A DNA stretch of 64,000 nt. Source: Octopus vulgaris (Eukaryota). Made by a program: the position numbers and the translations under genes. Below are positions 1-13,374 of this stretch, piece by piece. Under the pieces are notes generated by a model, which saw nothing but the letters and a program-made list of their open reading frames with translations, made no database searches and was not told the origin of the DNA. Numbering within the stretch: the first letter of the stretch is position 1; the number at the start of each line of letters is the position of its first letter. Where the stretch lies: assembly GCA_951406725.2 (NCBI GenBank), contig OX597830.1:49972001-50036000 (forward strand), given 5' to 3'.

Positions 1-80
1 ATATATATGTATATATATGTGTATATATATGTATATATATGTATATATGTGTGTATATATATGTATGTGTGTATATATAT

Positions 81-136
<56 letters not shown>

Positions 137-960
137 TAAACATATATATCCAACAGTCAACATGCACTTGTACCATACAAACACTACACACACACACAAA
201 CACATATATATGTACACACATGCACTATAAATGCAACAGGCACATATATCCAAGACATGCATATATACTATACAGACACTATATACATATACACCCTATA
301 TATATATTCAGATACTATGCTATAGGCTTCATCGTCAACATTCAGACACTACATATCTACATTATACAGGTGCATACACACCACATGTACAGGTACATAC
401 TATAGATATATTACATATATGCATGCTACGCATACACTATAGAGATGATACATACTTATATATTATAGAGAACATTATACACTAACACACCTCTACAAAC
501 TATACAGACCCATTACACACACAGACATTACCTATACACACTATACACTCATATATATGTATTTACATATACACACAACCCATGTAATACATACTACAGA
601 TACATATATACACAAAACAGATACTTTGTAGAGATAATATGCAATTATATATATATATATATACATACATATATATATATATACATACATATATACATAC
701 ATACATACATATATATATACATACATACATACACATATATATATACATACATACATACACATATATATATACATACATACATACACATATATATATACAT
801 ACATACACATATATATATACATACATACACATATATATATACATACATACACATATATATATACATACATACATATATACATACATACATATATATATAT
901 ATACATACATACATATATATAGATAGATAAACAAACAGACAAATAGATAGATAAGTATAT
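1..960. repeat. Compound (TA)n/(CA)n/(TACA)n microsatellites; similar tracts at 1960-2260, 3120-3570, 4320-4770, 8390-9080, 17310-17570, 59375-59700, 63410-63610
   Basis: Direct reading. Confidence 0.95.
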
Positions 961-964
961 AGAC

Positions 965-1171
965 CAGTGGTTTTCAACCAGGGTTCCTCGGAACCTTAGG
1001 GTTCCGCCAGTACAGTCCAGAAGTTACAAAACTGCTAAAATCAGCAGTAATTTTTAATTCTCCTGTGCAGACATGTGTGCATAAGACTATTAAATTATTG
1101 TACAGGGGTTCCTCGAGCCAGTGGAATGTTTCCTTGGGGTTCCGCTCCAGCAAAAAGTTTGAAAAGCACTG
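965..1171. mobile_element. hAT-type MITE
   Basis: TIRs CAGTGGTTTTCAA / TTGAAAAGCACTG; perfect 8-bp TSD ATATAGAC (957-964, 1172-1179). Confidence 0.88.
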
Positions 1172-2100
1172 ATATAGACTATAATTATAATTACGGCACA
1201 AAAGCCACTGTGGCTATATGCTAGAAACAAAGCCACCAAATATCACCAACCACTACAAGATTCACTTCCGTATATATGGTTGGACGCATTTGGCATCTTT
1301 TTCTAGAATATAGGCATAGTAGTTTCTGAGCCCTTAATTATTATTATGTTCTATATAATTATATATCCATACACAGATTTTACCTAAAAGGTGTCTTTTT
1401 TTTTATATGCTGGTCCCAGATAAAATTCATTTGTTTTTAATTATTTTTTTATCTAATTATGTTGAGATGTATTTCATTCACTGCTGGACAGTTTATTTAC
1501 TTCTGTATTATTCTGATCAAACACACAAGTGTTGAAGTGAACTATGAAATTTGATTGGTATATATTTGCGGATATTTATATGTACTCGTATTTATGCGTG
1601 TGCATTTATATGGGTATGTATATATATTTTAATTTATTTTGCTTGGTATATGTTACTAATCATGGAAGAGTTATACTTATCCAGAAATTGATCAATCTAG
1701 GATTATCCAAATTATTTTACAAATTTTTTGGTTTGTCCACTTTTCCCACTTTTAGAATGTGTATATCAAAGTGAATTTTATAGTGGTTGAACATATTTGG
1801 TGCCTTTTTCTAGCACATAGGTACAGTAGCTCCTCTGCCCTTAATTATAATTATATTCTGCATGATTATATATCTATATACGGATTTTACCTGATAGGAT
1901 TTTTTTATGCGTTGACTACTGATAAAATTAATTATTTTTTAATGATTTTTATCCTTTAAATATGTTTATATATATATATATGTATAGATACACACACACA
2001 CATACATATATATATACATACATATACATATATATAAATATGCATACACAAACATACATATATATATATCTATATATATACATATATATATATATATATC

Positions 2101-2132
<32 letters not shown>

Positions 2133-2264
2133 CATACTCATATATATACATACATATACACATACACACATATATATAATATACACACATACATATAAAT
2201 ATATATACATACATATACATACATACATATACATATATTATTATACATGCATATATACATATAA

Positions 2265-2760
2265 TATCGAACCCCTGTAATGAGATATGTGAAGGAAAGA
2301 GCATGAGACTCCAGATAGGTAATGTTAGAATTGGTAATAAGGTTAGGGATGGCTCTGGTAAATCCTGTAATTGTAGAAACTCTGGATTATCTCCCCTTAA
2401 TGTGTTCTGTCTCACTACTAATGCAATATAGAAATGCGTTGCTAAAGAGGAGAGTAATTTGGAAAAGTTTTATATAGGCAGTACTGTAAATTTTAATGCT
2501 AGGTATAGGGCCCACATGAATTCATTTTTAAATGAAAACTATTGTAATTCTACAACACTTGCATCTTATATACATGGCTTAAAGAGGAATAATAAAAGAT
2601 ATTCTCTTGAATGGTCTGTTATTTCAAGAACCCCTTATTTCAGAGTTAATACTGATAAGTGTAAGTTATGTGTAAGGGAAAGTCTTTTGGGCCTAAAACT
2701 TTAAATAAATTTACTGAGGTGATCCCTTTTTGCAGCTATAAGTTTTCTTCTACTTTTCTG
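2265..2760 (+). mobile_element. Penelope-like element fragment, GIY-YIG endonuclease end (disrupted)
   Basis: CNCR...PL...C, then KFYIGST..F..RY..H, STTLASYI, W.VI, CKLCVRE; in-frame stop upstream. Confidence 0.8.
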
Positions 2761-3117
2761 AAAGTGTATAGAAGTAAAAGTAGATGTAGTAAATGATATT
2801 TAGTTTTATGTTGTTTTGAAGCTGGTGAGTTTAAATTTCTAATTAAAGACAGCCACCTGCATGTTTAGCAATGAAGTAATTCAGGTTTTGTTTTGTTTTA
2901 TTTTTTTTTGTGTGTTAGAAAATTTGGACTGGTTCTGTGATAGGTTTACTTTAAAAATTAGCATTGATTAAGTGTTAGGAATAGAAAAAGAGCAATAATT
3001 AAGAAAATGTTTGAGAAGCACTGCCATATACAAATACATACAGTACACAGATACTTATACGTATATAGATTAGACACACATATAGACTATAGGTACGTAC
3101 ACTTATGTTGACTACAG

Positions 3118-3155
<38 letters not shown>

Positions 3156-3331
3156 AGAGAGAGAGAGAGAGAGACACACTACAAGTACAAATGTGTATAT
3201 ATATATATATATATATACACTATTGATACATAAGCATATGTAGATGATAGATACATATATAGATTAGAAGCACAAAAACGCATACATACAAACGTGTGTG
3301 TGTGTGTGTATTATATGTCTGTTCACATGTA

Positions 3332-3373
<42 letters not shown>

Positions 3374-3514
3374 AATGCATTTGAGTGTGTGTGTATATAT
3401 ATATATATTTATATTACGATACATATATATATTAAGATTTAAATACACATAAATTAAAAATACATGCACAAAATTACATATCCTCACATGCATACAAACA
3501 TGCACATATGTATA

Positions 3515-3565
<51 letters not shown>

Positions 3566-3732
3566 TCATACATAAAAGGGCAGTCACCATATTTCATTCC
3601 ATACCAGCCGCCTCTGATGAACATAGGGTTATATAATCAGATTGTTACCTAACACTCCATTGTACACCTAGCATGAAACCGATTCGTAAGATCAGCTGTG
3701 ATGGATATATAATACTGTACACTTTGGATAAT

Positions 3733-3773
<41 letters not shown>

Positions 3774-4319
3774 ATGTATACACAAACACACACACACACA
3801 CACACATTATACATAACCAGATCAAATTTACCAATGAGTAGCAATTTCAACTGAATTTTGTTTCGTGTTTTTTTTTCAATTTGACTTTTTTTTTTGTCTT
3901 TTTAGTGTTTTGAAACTGTAAAATAAACTCAAGATATTTATATAGAAACTAGCCACCATCCTTATTATCATTATCATAATAGCATTCATATCCAATATTT
4001 CTTTCTGGGTTGGACAGGTCTATTACACAATGAAACATTCCAAGAATGAGGTGGATCAAAAGCTGAAAGCTGAATACAAAAACAAAAAAAAAATTTGCTT
4101 TTGAAATATTCACGAGAAATTGAATTTCCTTTCGTTATTGAATTTTGATTTAAACTGTAAATTTTAATTGCAAATTTATTCCATTCACCACCTCTGATCA
4201 TAGTTTGTGAAATAACCTCAGTTGTAAACACACACAAGTGTATACACACCCAAGTGTATTACTATTAGCTTCATTTTATATACCCATAGAAGTGACTTAT
4301 ATTTATGTGTGTGAGTGTG

Positions 4320-4375
<56 letters not shown>

Positions 4376-4529
4376 AATTGAGATAGGGGTTGTAAATGCA
4401 ACCCTCCATGGGATAACATATATCCAATATACTGCTAGAATATTTTAAGATACACATACACAAACACACGTATATATATATATGCATATATATATATATA
4501 TATATATATGCATGAATATTTTAAGATAC

Positions 4530-4586
<57 letters not shown>

Positions 4587-5009
4587 CATATATATATTGA
4601 TATATATTTTAAGATATACACACATATATATATGTATATATATATATATATATATATTGATATAATTTTGAAGATATATGTATTCATATATATATATATA
4701 TGTATATATATATGTATGTATATATATGATATAATCTTTTAGACACACACACTCACATACATTTACACCTGTATTTACTGTAATATGATTTATGTCAGTC
4801 AAGTAAAAGGAACTTGATACAAATTAAGTTATCGTCAACCAACCGGAATACCAACAATGACTTTTCTGGAAATGGTATCGAATTCTGTATGCATGTCTAG
4901 GGATATATACATGTCTACATACATATGACATACATGGATGCTATACACTCATGCAAGCAGCTACATGTGTGTATCATGCAGCTTCCAATTTTGGTCATTT
5001 GTGTTTATG

Positions 5010-5930
5010 TAGGGACTAGCTTTAACAGTTTGATCCCCTCTATACCATGCAACACTCCATTAACTAGGGGCTACAATTTTTATAGCTAGATCTCTTCCAT
5101 ATTTCCCTAACTTGGTACTATACATTTTACAAGTGGATGGCTACTGTGCCCCACTAACTAGGGGCTAGAGTTTTAACAGCTGGATGCCAACTTTACACTC
5201 AATAGGGGCCACAGTTTTAAAAGCTTGATACCCTCTGTAACACTCTAATTAAGGGTAACATTTTTAACAGCTGGATGCCAACTTTACACTCAATAGGGGC
5301 CACAGTTTTAAAAGCTTGATACCCTCTGTAACACTCTAATTAAGGGTAACATTTTTAACAGCTGGATGCCAACTTTACACTCAATAGGGGCCACAGTTTT
5401 AAAAGCTTGATACCCTCTGTAACACTCTAATTAAGGGTAACATTTTTAACAGCTAGATGCCAACTTTACACTCAATAGGGGCCACAGTTTTAAAAGCTTG
5501 ATACCCTCTGTAACACTCTAATTAAGGGTAACATCTTTAACAGCTGGATGCCAACTTTACACTCAATAGGGGCCACAGTTTTAAAAGCTTGATACCCTCT
5601 GTAACACTCTAATTTAGGGCTACATTTTTAACAGCTGGATGCCCTCTCTATACTAAATAGGGGCCACAGTTTTAAAAGCTTGATACCTTCTGTAACACTC
5701 TAAGGGCTACATTTTTTTTACAGCTGGGTACCCTCTCTACACTAAACAGGAGCTAGAGTTTTACCAGCTAGATGCCCTTTTGTCACTAACAAAGAGCTGC
5801 AGTTTTAACAGCTAGATGTCCTTGTACCCTCTAACTATGGGCTACTGCTTTAACATCTGGATGCCTTCTCTGCACTAGATAGGGGCTAGTTTTAACAGCT
5901 GGATGTCCTCTGTCTTCTACTAACTCAGGG
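5010..5930. repeat. Minisatellite: about six 91-bp dimeric units plus diverged ~45-bp monomers
   Basis: ctggatgcc-type anchor at 5180, 5271, 5362, 5453, 5544, 5635. Confidence 0.92.
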
Positions 5931-6737
5931 CAACAGTTGGAAACGAAACCAAAAGTATATGAGTGAGATGTAATCATCTGACCTAGATAGGAACACAGAA
6001 ACATCTGTCCAAGACACACCAGCATGAAAATCTCCAAGATGATGAAGGTTGATCCTGGCAGATAAAATACCACTAGTTATTTCGCCTGGGCTTCTAACGA
6101 TTCTGTCCAAGCCATGCCAGCTTGCTGCCTTAACATTCTTTCAAATATTATTTTTATTTATTTATTTGTAGAGTGTGGGTGATATATATATATAAAAGGG
6201 AGCATAAAATAATCGTATGTGAGTGTGCCCACATCCACATGCATACATGTCAAGGTAGGTTTAAAGTTTGATTCACCAAGGAAGTTCTCAGAATATGATG
6301 CCTCACAAGAACCACATCATCATCATCATCATCATGATAGGTACATCTAGACTGAATATGAGAAAGTAGTTATGGCTTCACTTCAGTGCTTAAGGATAAT
6401 TCTAAGGTGTGTGTGTGTTGGGTTAAGAGCAGGAATGTTAAATACTGGCTCAATTATTAATGACTGAACACTTTAGTTTTCATTATAGTTTCAAAATTAT
6501 ATAATTAATAAGACATAATTAAGAAGGAAAAGCCAAATCAATAAAAAGAACCAATCTGTCATTAGTATTTCAGTTTGTTGGTTAAAATATATTGTACAAC
6601 ACACACAGATAAACACACATTGGAATAACACTGTGTATATACATATATAACCCTGAACTGTGTGCATGCAGTTCGACTCTGTGTGTATGTATATCTATAC
6701 GTTTTCAAATATATATATGTGTGTGTGTGTGTGTATA

Positions 6738-6989
6738 GACAATAATATTGATAATAATAATTAGTCATAAGAAGTAAAGGAATTGTTCCTTTGTTTATTT
6801 TCATATATAAATACAGTCTTTAAATTTTCCAAGGAAATGAAATTAAATGAAATACAATTAAATAAAGTAGAAAAATCAAGTTATTTTATTTTGCTGTATT
6901 TTATTTCATTCCATTTCGTTTCTTTGGAAAATTTTAAAGATTTTTGTATATAAATAAACTAAGGAACATTTTCTTCAATTCTTCCAACT

Positions 6990-7025
<36 letters not shown>

Positions 7026-7038
7026 ATATATTATTGTC
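6738..7038. repeat. AT-rich imperfect foldback (MITE-like)
   Basis: gacaataatat/atattattgtc, gttcctttgtttattt/aaataaactaaggaac, tctttaaattttccaaggaaa/tttctttggaaaattttaaaga. Confidence 0.75.
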
Positions 7039-8107
7039 AACGAAAAATGTTTTACTCCTATTCATAAAGCACATGCATACACATAATTATCTATTAATAC
7101 CGAAGTTTTAATAAATATATCACCATCTTTTAAAATAGCAGCCAAATCTTCCTTTAAACCTACTGTTTTAAAATGATGATGCATTACAAATTGTAGTCCT
7201 AGATACACTGTCTGAAAATATAACAGGATAGTCAAGGCTGGAATGTTTTGATCCTATGTACATTCACTCTGAGCTGGAATTGTGCTAATTGCTGTATATT
7301 TACTTGAGGACACAACATACCACTTACCACATGAATCAAACCCTATGACCATATGATTACGAGCTCAGCACTCGAAATATTAGTCTATGTGCTTAGTGGT
7401 TGCGGTGTTAGCACAGAATCATATATATAATCTTGAACATGGATAATATATACACACACATATTGTGTGTGTATAAATATATATATATCTTCAGTATGCG
7501 TGTGTATTTGTACCGGCTTTTCACAACCTGTTACATAATACATGTGTGTTTATATAGCTGTGTGTGTATACATCCACATACGAAAGTTGTGAATTTCTTT
7601 GTTTTATTCGTATCCAGATGCACAAGTCAACCAAGTCAGATATAAAATTGACTCAACCACCTTGAGTGACTTTGAGAATAGTACTAACATGAGCTCAAAC
7701 TTGCAAAATATAAATTCATGCTATGTTCATTGCATCGAGAGCTCTTTCATATTTGAAACTTGGTCAATCAGTTCAATATATAAACATATATATATATATT
7801 ACATAGGTAATGGTTTTTTTATTTCGTATATTTTCATTTGTCTTGCTTATTTTTACACTTTGGTTTTTTGCCGAGTTTTTTTCTTGGGAACACATTCTTC
7901 ATAGAAAATGGCGATTTGAAGTCTATATCTAGCATATAGGCTGTCCACTTTTAGTGGTCAGTCCTCTAAATTTTGTATGTAAATTAATTTTTAATCTTCA
8001 GATTTCTTTAGAATATGCTAGGCCACTGGTTTTAATTGATTGATATCAATTTCTACCCTTATTTAATTTTATATATATGTATATCCGAGTATGTAAATAT
8101 ATATATA

Positions 8108-8385
8108 TATATATACACATGTATCTACATGTGTATGTATGTATATATATATATATATATATACATGTATCTACATGTGTATGTATGTATATATATATAT
8201 ATTATATATATACACATGTATCTACATGTGTATGTATGTATATATATATATATATACATGTATCTACATGTGTATGTATGTGTATATATATACACACATA
8301 TATATATATATATATAACATGTATCTACATGTGTATGTATATATATATATATATATACACATGTATCTACATATGTATGTATATA
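8108..8385. repeat. Compound minisatellite (acatgtatctacatgtgtatgta + (TA)n), about 6 units
   Basis: Direct reading of repeated units. Confidence 0.85.
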
Positions 8386-8959
8386 TTTATATATACATAT
8401 ATATACACACACACACACATATGTACATATATATATACATGTAAATATATACATATATATATATGTACACACACATATGTATACATATACATATATAGAT
8501 ATATACATATAAATACATATATACACACACACATATACACATATATATATACATACTTACATAGATTATATACTTATATACACACATACATACATATACT
8601 TATATACACACATAGATATATATTTATACATACATACATATATATATGCAGTTAGTAACAAACTGATACATCTCTTTATATAGTCTCATTGAATATACAT
8701 GTAGCATAACTTATGCCTATATATATATATATATATAAATATATATATATATGTAATACACACACCTATACAGCCTACATGCTCTTTAGCCTCATAGACA
8801 CTGTAGCAGCTGGACATATCAATGTTTAAAGTGTTATAGCTATGACCATTTTGTCTTTTTATACATCTATGTCTGTGTCCTTTGGGGCTTGATTTGAAAG
8901 ACTTTAGCTGCTATTTCTTGCTGATTTGATGGTCACATTGTGTATCTCTGTCTATGCAT

Positions 8960-9025
<66 letters not shown>

Positions 9026-10565
9026 GTATGTATGTATGTATACACACACACACACACACTAGGCATACATATGTATATTGTGTATGTATGTTAAATTCAT
9101 TCATTCAACAAATTTTAAAATGACTTCATTTTTTTTTTTTCAACATTTATTAAAAAAAAAAGACAGAAAAATATAAAAATGTTTACAACAAAACTGAAAT
9201 AATGAATTTTTAAAATCCAAAATTTGATTAGTGCCAAAAGAAAATTAAAAGATTCTCCTACAGAAATAAAAAACAGAAAAAAGAAATTTCCAGTTTCTTA
9301 GCTGCAGCAGCAGTTTGTGAAGCTGTAGCAAATATTCTTAACTAAACCAGAGCAGCAAAGAATTTGGTCAATTCTCCAAATGTCTTTTTAGAATTCTCCT
9401 TTTTTTTTTTTTTCGGTTGTTGTTGAATATTTCAACAAGGGGAAAGGAGGAGGAGGAGAATATAACAAAATAAGGTAATGGGGTGTGTGCAATGTTCAGG
9501 GTTAGGGTAAGCAAAAGGTTGTTGAGCATGGAAAGAAAGGGGGAAAAATTTGGGCCACATGCTGGGGTTGTCTGTGGTGTGTAGAGGTTATGTACTGAGT
9601 TTATGTATGTGAGTATAAATCATATAAATGAATGTGTGCTTGTTTGCATAAATTATGTTAATGTATAGTTTATGTATAAATTATGTTAATGTATAGTTTA
9701 TGTAAAAGAATATAGATTTGGGGCATGAATTATGTGAATGAATGTGTAGATGTACATAAATGATGTAAATTACTCTGTGCTTGTGTGTATAGACTATGGA
9801 AATGAGTGTGTATATGAATAAATTATGTAAATGAAAGTATAAGTTCAGTGTGTGTGCGTGTATGTCACACATATATATGGGTGCAGTAATGACCCAAGTC
9901 ATTAAGCTTGTTTTACACTCATGAGGTTCCGGGTTCAATCTCAGTGAGTGGTATCTTTAGGTGTTTTCCATTATAAGCTCAGTTTGAGCTAAGTTTTTGA
10001 AGAGCTGAAATCTGTATGGATTGTACCAGTAATTCTAATGTCCAGCCATGTCAAGCACTGATTCTGTCTAAGACTTTATATTAAGGTATACATGTCTGGA
10101 ATACTCTGCTATTTGTATTATGATATACTGAGTAGGTTGTTTAGTAGGAATTGAACAATTGCATAGTCGTACTAATGAAACAGATGGGCAGCCATTTGTT
10201 TGTGTCTATCTATCTATATATATATAACAGACAGGTAAAAATACCACTTTCATCTTTGACAAGCGATATTTTTACCCTTCTTTTATTCAAATATTTAATA
10301 TTATACCTCTTAAGGTAGAAGTCTTGCTAACTGTATGTAATTATATATGCACACACACATATGTATAAATACAGTATAATACATTATATACATACATAGA
10401 CGCACACATTGCTGAGACTTGTGAACATCTTTTTACTTGTGTGTGTGTGTGTGTGTATATGTTTATGTATTCATGTATCTATCTATGTAAATATATGAGT
10501 ACACATACATACACACATTAAATATATATATATATATATAAATACAATAAGAGGTCTCCAAATAT

Positions 10566-10602
<37 letters not shown>

Positions 10603-10637
10603 ATGTAAGTATATACATAAGTACACATATACACACA

Positions 10638-10804
10638 TGGCTGTGTGGTAAGAAGTTTGCTTTCCAACCACATGGTTCTGGGTTCAATACCAATGCATGG
10701 CACCTTGGGCAAGTGTCTACTACTATAGCCTTAGGCCTTGTGAATGAATTTGGTAGACAGAAACTGAAAGAAGCCCGTTGTATATATATGTATATATATG
10801 TGCG

Positions 10805-10837
<33 letters not shown>

Positions 10838-10962
10838 TTGTCTCTCTGTGTTTGTCCCCCGCACAGTCACTTGACAACTGATGTAGATGCGTTTACCTCC
10901 CTGTAACTTAGCAGCTTGGCAACAGAGATTGATAGAATAAGTACTAGGCTTACAAAGAATAA
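10638..10962 (+). mobile_element. tRNA-derived SINE family A, partial
   Basis: tggctgtgtggtaag (A box), ggttcaatacc (B box), internal (TA)n; same body as 12946 copy. Confidence 0.82.
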
Positions 10963-11062
10963 AAGAATATGTGTATTTATTTATTTATGTATGTATATAT
11001 TTATGTATCATCATCACCATTTAACGTCCGCTTTCCATGCTAGTATGGGTTATATTTATGTA

Positions 11063-11118
<56 letters not shown>

Positions 11119-11849
11119 GTATAAGTAAATAAATGGAGTTGAACACACACAACTTACTGCACATTAACCCGGAGTTTATACCTTTGAATAGGTCGCTACA
11201 TCCTTGTTACTTGCGTGAATTTTGCTACCCTGGTAACTGTTTGTTGAATTTTTCATGTTAACGGTAAACAAAGGATAATTCATTCATCCATTTATATATA
11301 TTTTATATATTTTGTAAATTATATTAATTATTTTTATTTTTATGTTTTGGTTTATGTTTTTCACTGTTTGATTTGCCTAATAGTGGTTTTATCTCTAATT
11401 TAATTTATATATATATATATCTCATTTAATAAATGCATAAGTTGTTGGTCAGCAACTTCGAGTTTTATACAATATTTAACTCTGCTTATACACGAGGCAT
11501 ATTGTTTATGATCCTACAATCATTTAGGTTCCTGTCCAGAATTACTGGATTATACAGAGTATGCACTGTATAAACCCAGCCAAATATTGCACTTTACAGA
11601 TATAAAACTTGAAGTTGCTGATCCACAACTTCTACATTCAAAAAATATTATTTCACTCTCACTGGATCAGGGTTTTTTTTTTCTGTTATCAAAAGTACAC
11701 ACACACACACACACACATATATATACACATCTGCACATAATACATGTATACACACTCGAGTGTTTTGTTTGAATGGAATGATGGGTTTTGTTTAGCCCTA
11801 GACCAACCTTGGTTAATGGAAACTATCATATTAGTTGTGTATGTGTATA

Positions 11850-13374
11850 CAGGGTATTCAGGCTAAAGTTGAATTTTTTCTGTCCCCTATTACCCCCCCA
11901 CCCCGAACACCTTGATGTATTGATAAACAGTCAATGATTTTGGGGAGCATAACATTAAAGATGTATCTGAGACAAAAGTTAATTGACACAGAGGACTGGA
12001 AGCCCTCTGAATATTGGAAAAGGCTTATCTGTATAAAGATGATTTGTGCTGGGTACCAAAATGCTGCTCAAAACTCTGTGGACCCTGTAAAGGCTGTAAG
12101 ACAAGACATCGGTAGCCGCAATGGAGACTGCAAAGCCGTGGCCCAGGAAGGGACACAGCAATTGTTCTGACTGCATCTGAATGTCAGGATTCATTCAATA
12201 GCTGCTGAATAAGGACCTTTGCTACCATTTGTACATGAGGTGCAAGGAACAAATTCTGAAAGCCAAGGCCAAGGAAAACCATTTGGTAAAGGCAAACAAG
12301 CTCCTGAACAGGGTGAGGGATCCTGTTCAACCAGAGATTATTTGGTTCTTCTCAGATGGAAAGTCTTCTGCCAGGGCCAGTTACACAATACCCAGAACTA
12401 CAGGTAGCTTGCCTACAATCCATATGATGTCCCCCAAAATGTGATGGTCTTTGGGTGTCTCTCCCGTGACATCATGCTGCCCTACATCTTTGAACAGGGT
12501 CTTAGACTCAATTCAAACAGTTATGTGAAGTTGGTGGAGACTATGGTCAAATCCTGGCTGGAGAGGGTTGCTACGGGAAGGCCATACATGTGGCCGCAGG
12601 AACTGACTCCTTACCATACTCCCAGAAAGATTCAGAAGTTGTTGTTAGAGAATTTCAATGACTTCACCAGTCCCCAATTTCTAGCTTCCTAATTCCCCCA
12701 GTACTAATCCCATAGATTACTATACATGAGATGCAGCTGAGAAAGACACCAACTGCTCTGCCTGCAACACCAAACTAATGACCAAGATTATGAAGGGACA
12801 CAAGGAGGAATGCATGCATACCAGGTTCCAGAGTTGCCTTGAGGTAATGGTGTCGATCTGAGGGCAGCTGCTTTAAGCATAAAGTCATCTCCCAGCCATA
12901 ATCTAGTTGCTATTTCTTTATTTTATTAAAATACTTTTATTTTAAGATGCGGAGTGGCTGTGTGGTAAGTAGCTTGTTTACCAACCACGTGGTTCCGGGT
13001 TCAGTCCCACTGCGTGGCACCTTGGGCAAGTGTCTTCCACTATAGCCTCGGGCCGACCAAAGCCTTGTGAGTGGATTTGGTAGACAGAAACTGAAAAGAA
13101 GCCCATTGTATATATGTATATATATGTATGCGTGTGTGTGTGTTTGTCTCCCAACATCGCTTGACAACTGATGCTGGTGTGTTTGTGTCCCCGTTACTTG
13201 GCGGTTCGGCAAAAGAGTCCGATAAAATAAGTACTGGGCTTACAAAAGAATAAGTCCCAGGGTCGAGTTGCTCGATTAAAGGTGGTGCTCCAGCATGGCC
13301 GCAGTCAAATGACTGAAACAAGTAAAAGAGAATAAAGAGTTATGCAAACAGTCAAATTTAACCTGAATACCCTG
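11850..13374 (+). mobile_element. Tc1/mariner relic (probably DD37D/maT-like) with nested SINE
   Basis: TIRs CAGGGTATTCAGGCTAAAGTTGA / TCAAATTTAACCTGAATACCCTG, TA on the left (CA on the right); frameshifted transposase pieces WFFSD.K, MVFG, PYMWPQ..TPYHT, PNSP..NP.DY. Confidence 0.85.
12946..13340 (+). mobile_element. tRNA-derived SINE family A, full length
   Basis: A/B-box head, internal microsatellite, tail ccagcatggccgcagtcaaatgactgaaacaagtaaaagag. Confidence 0.9.

Noticed and set aside
1-977. Long Y/I/C/V/M/H/T-rich ORFs here and throughout the window
   Set aside because: Translations of (TA)n/(CA)n/(TG)n microsatellites, which lack stop codons in several frames.
5171-5720. Regular repeats resembling a CRISPR array
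   Set aside because: Units are contiguous with no unique spacers, context is eukaryotic, and there are no cas genes.
7618-7806. Possible plus-strand exon after a good acceptor (ttcgtatccag)
   Set aside because: No recognisable protein, no convincing donor before the TA repeat, and no partner exons found.
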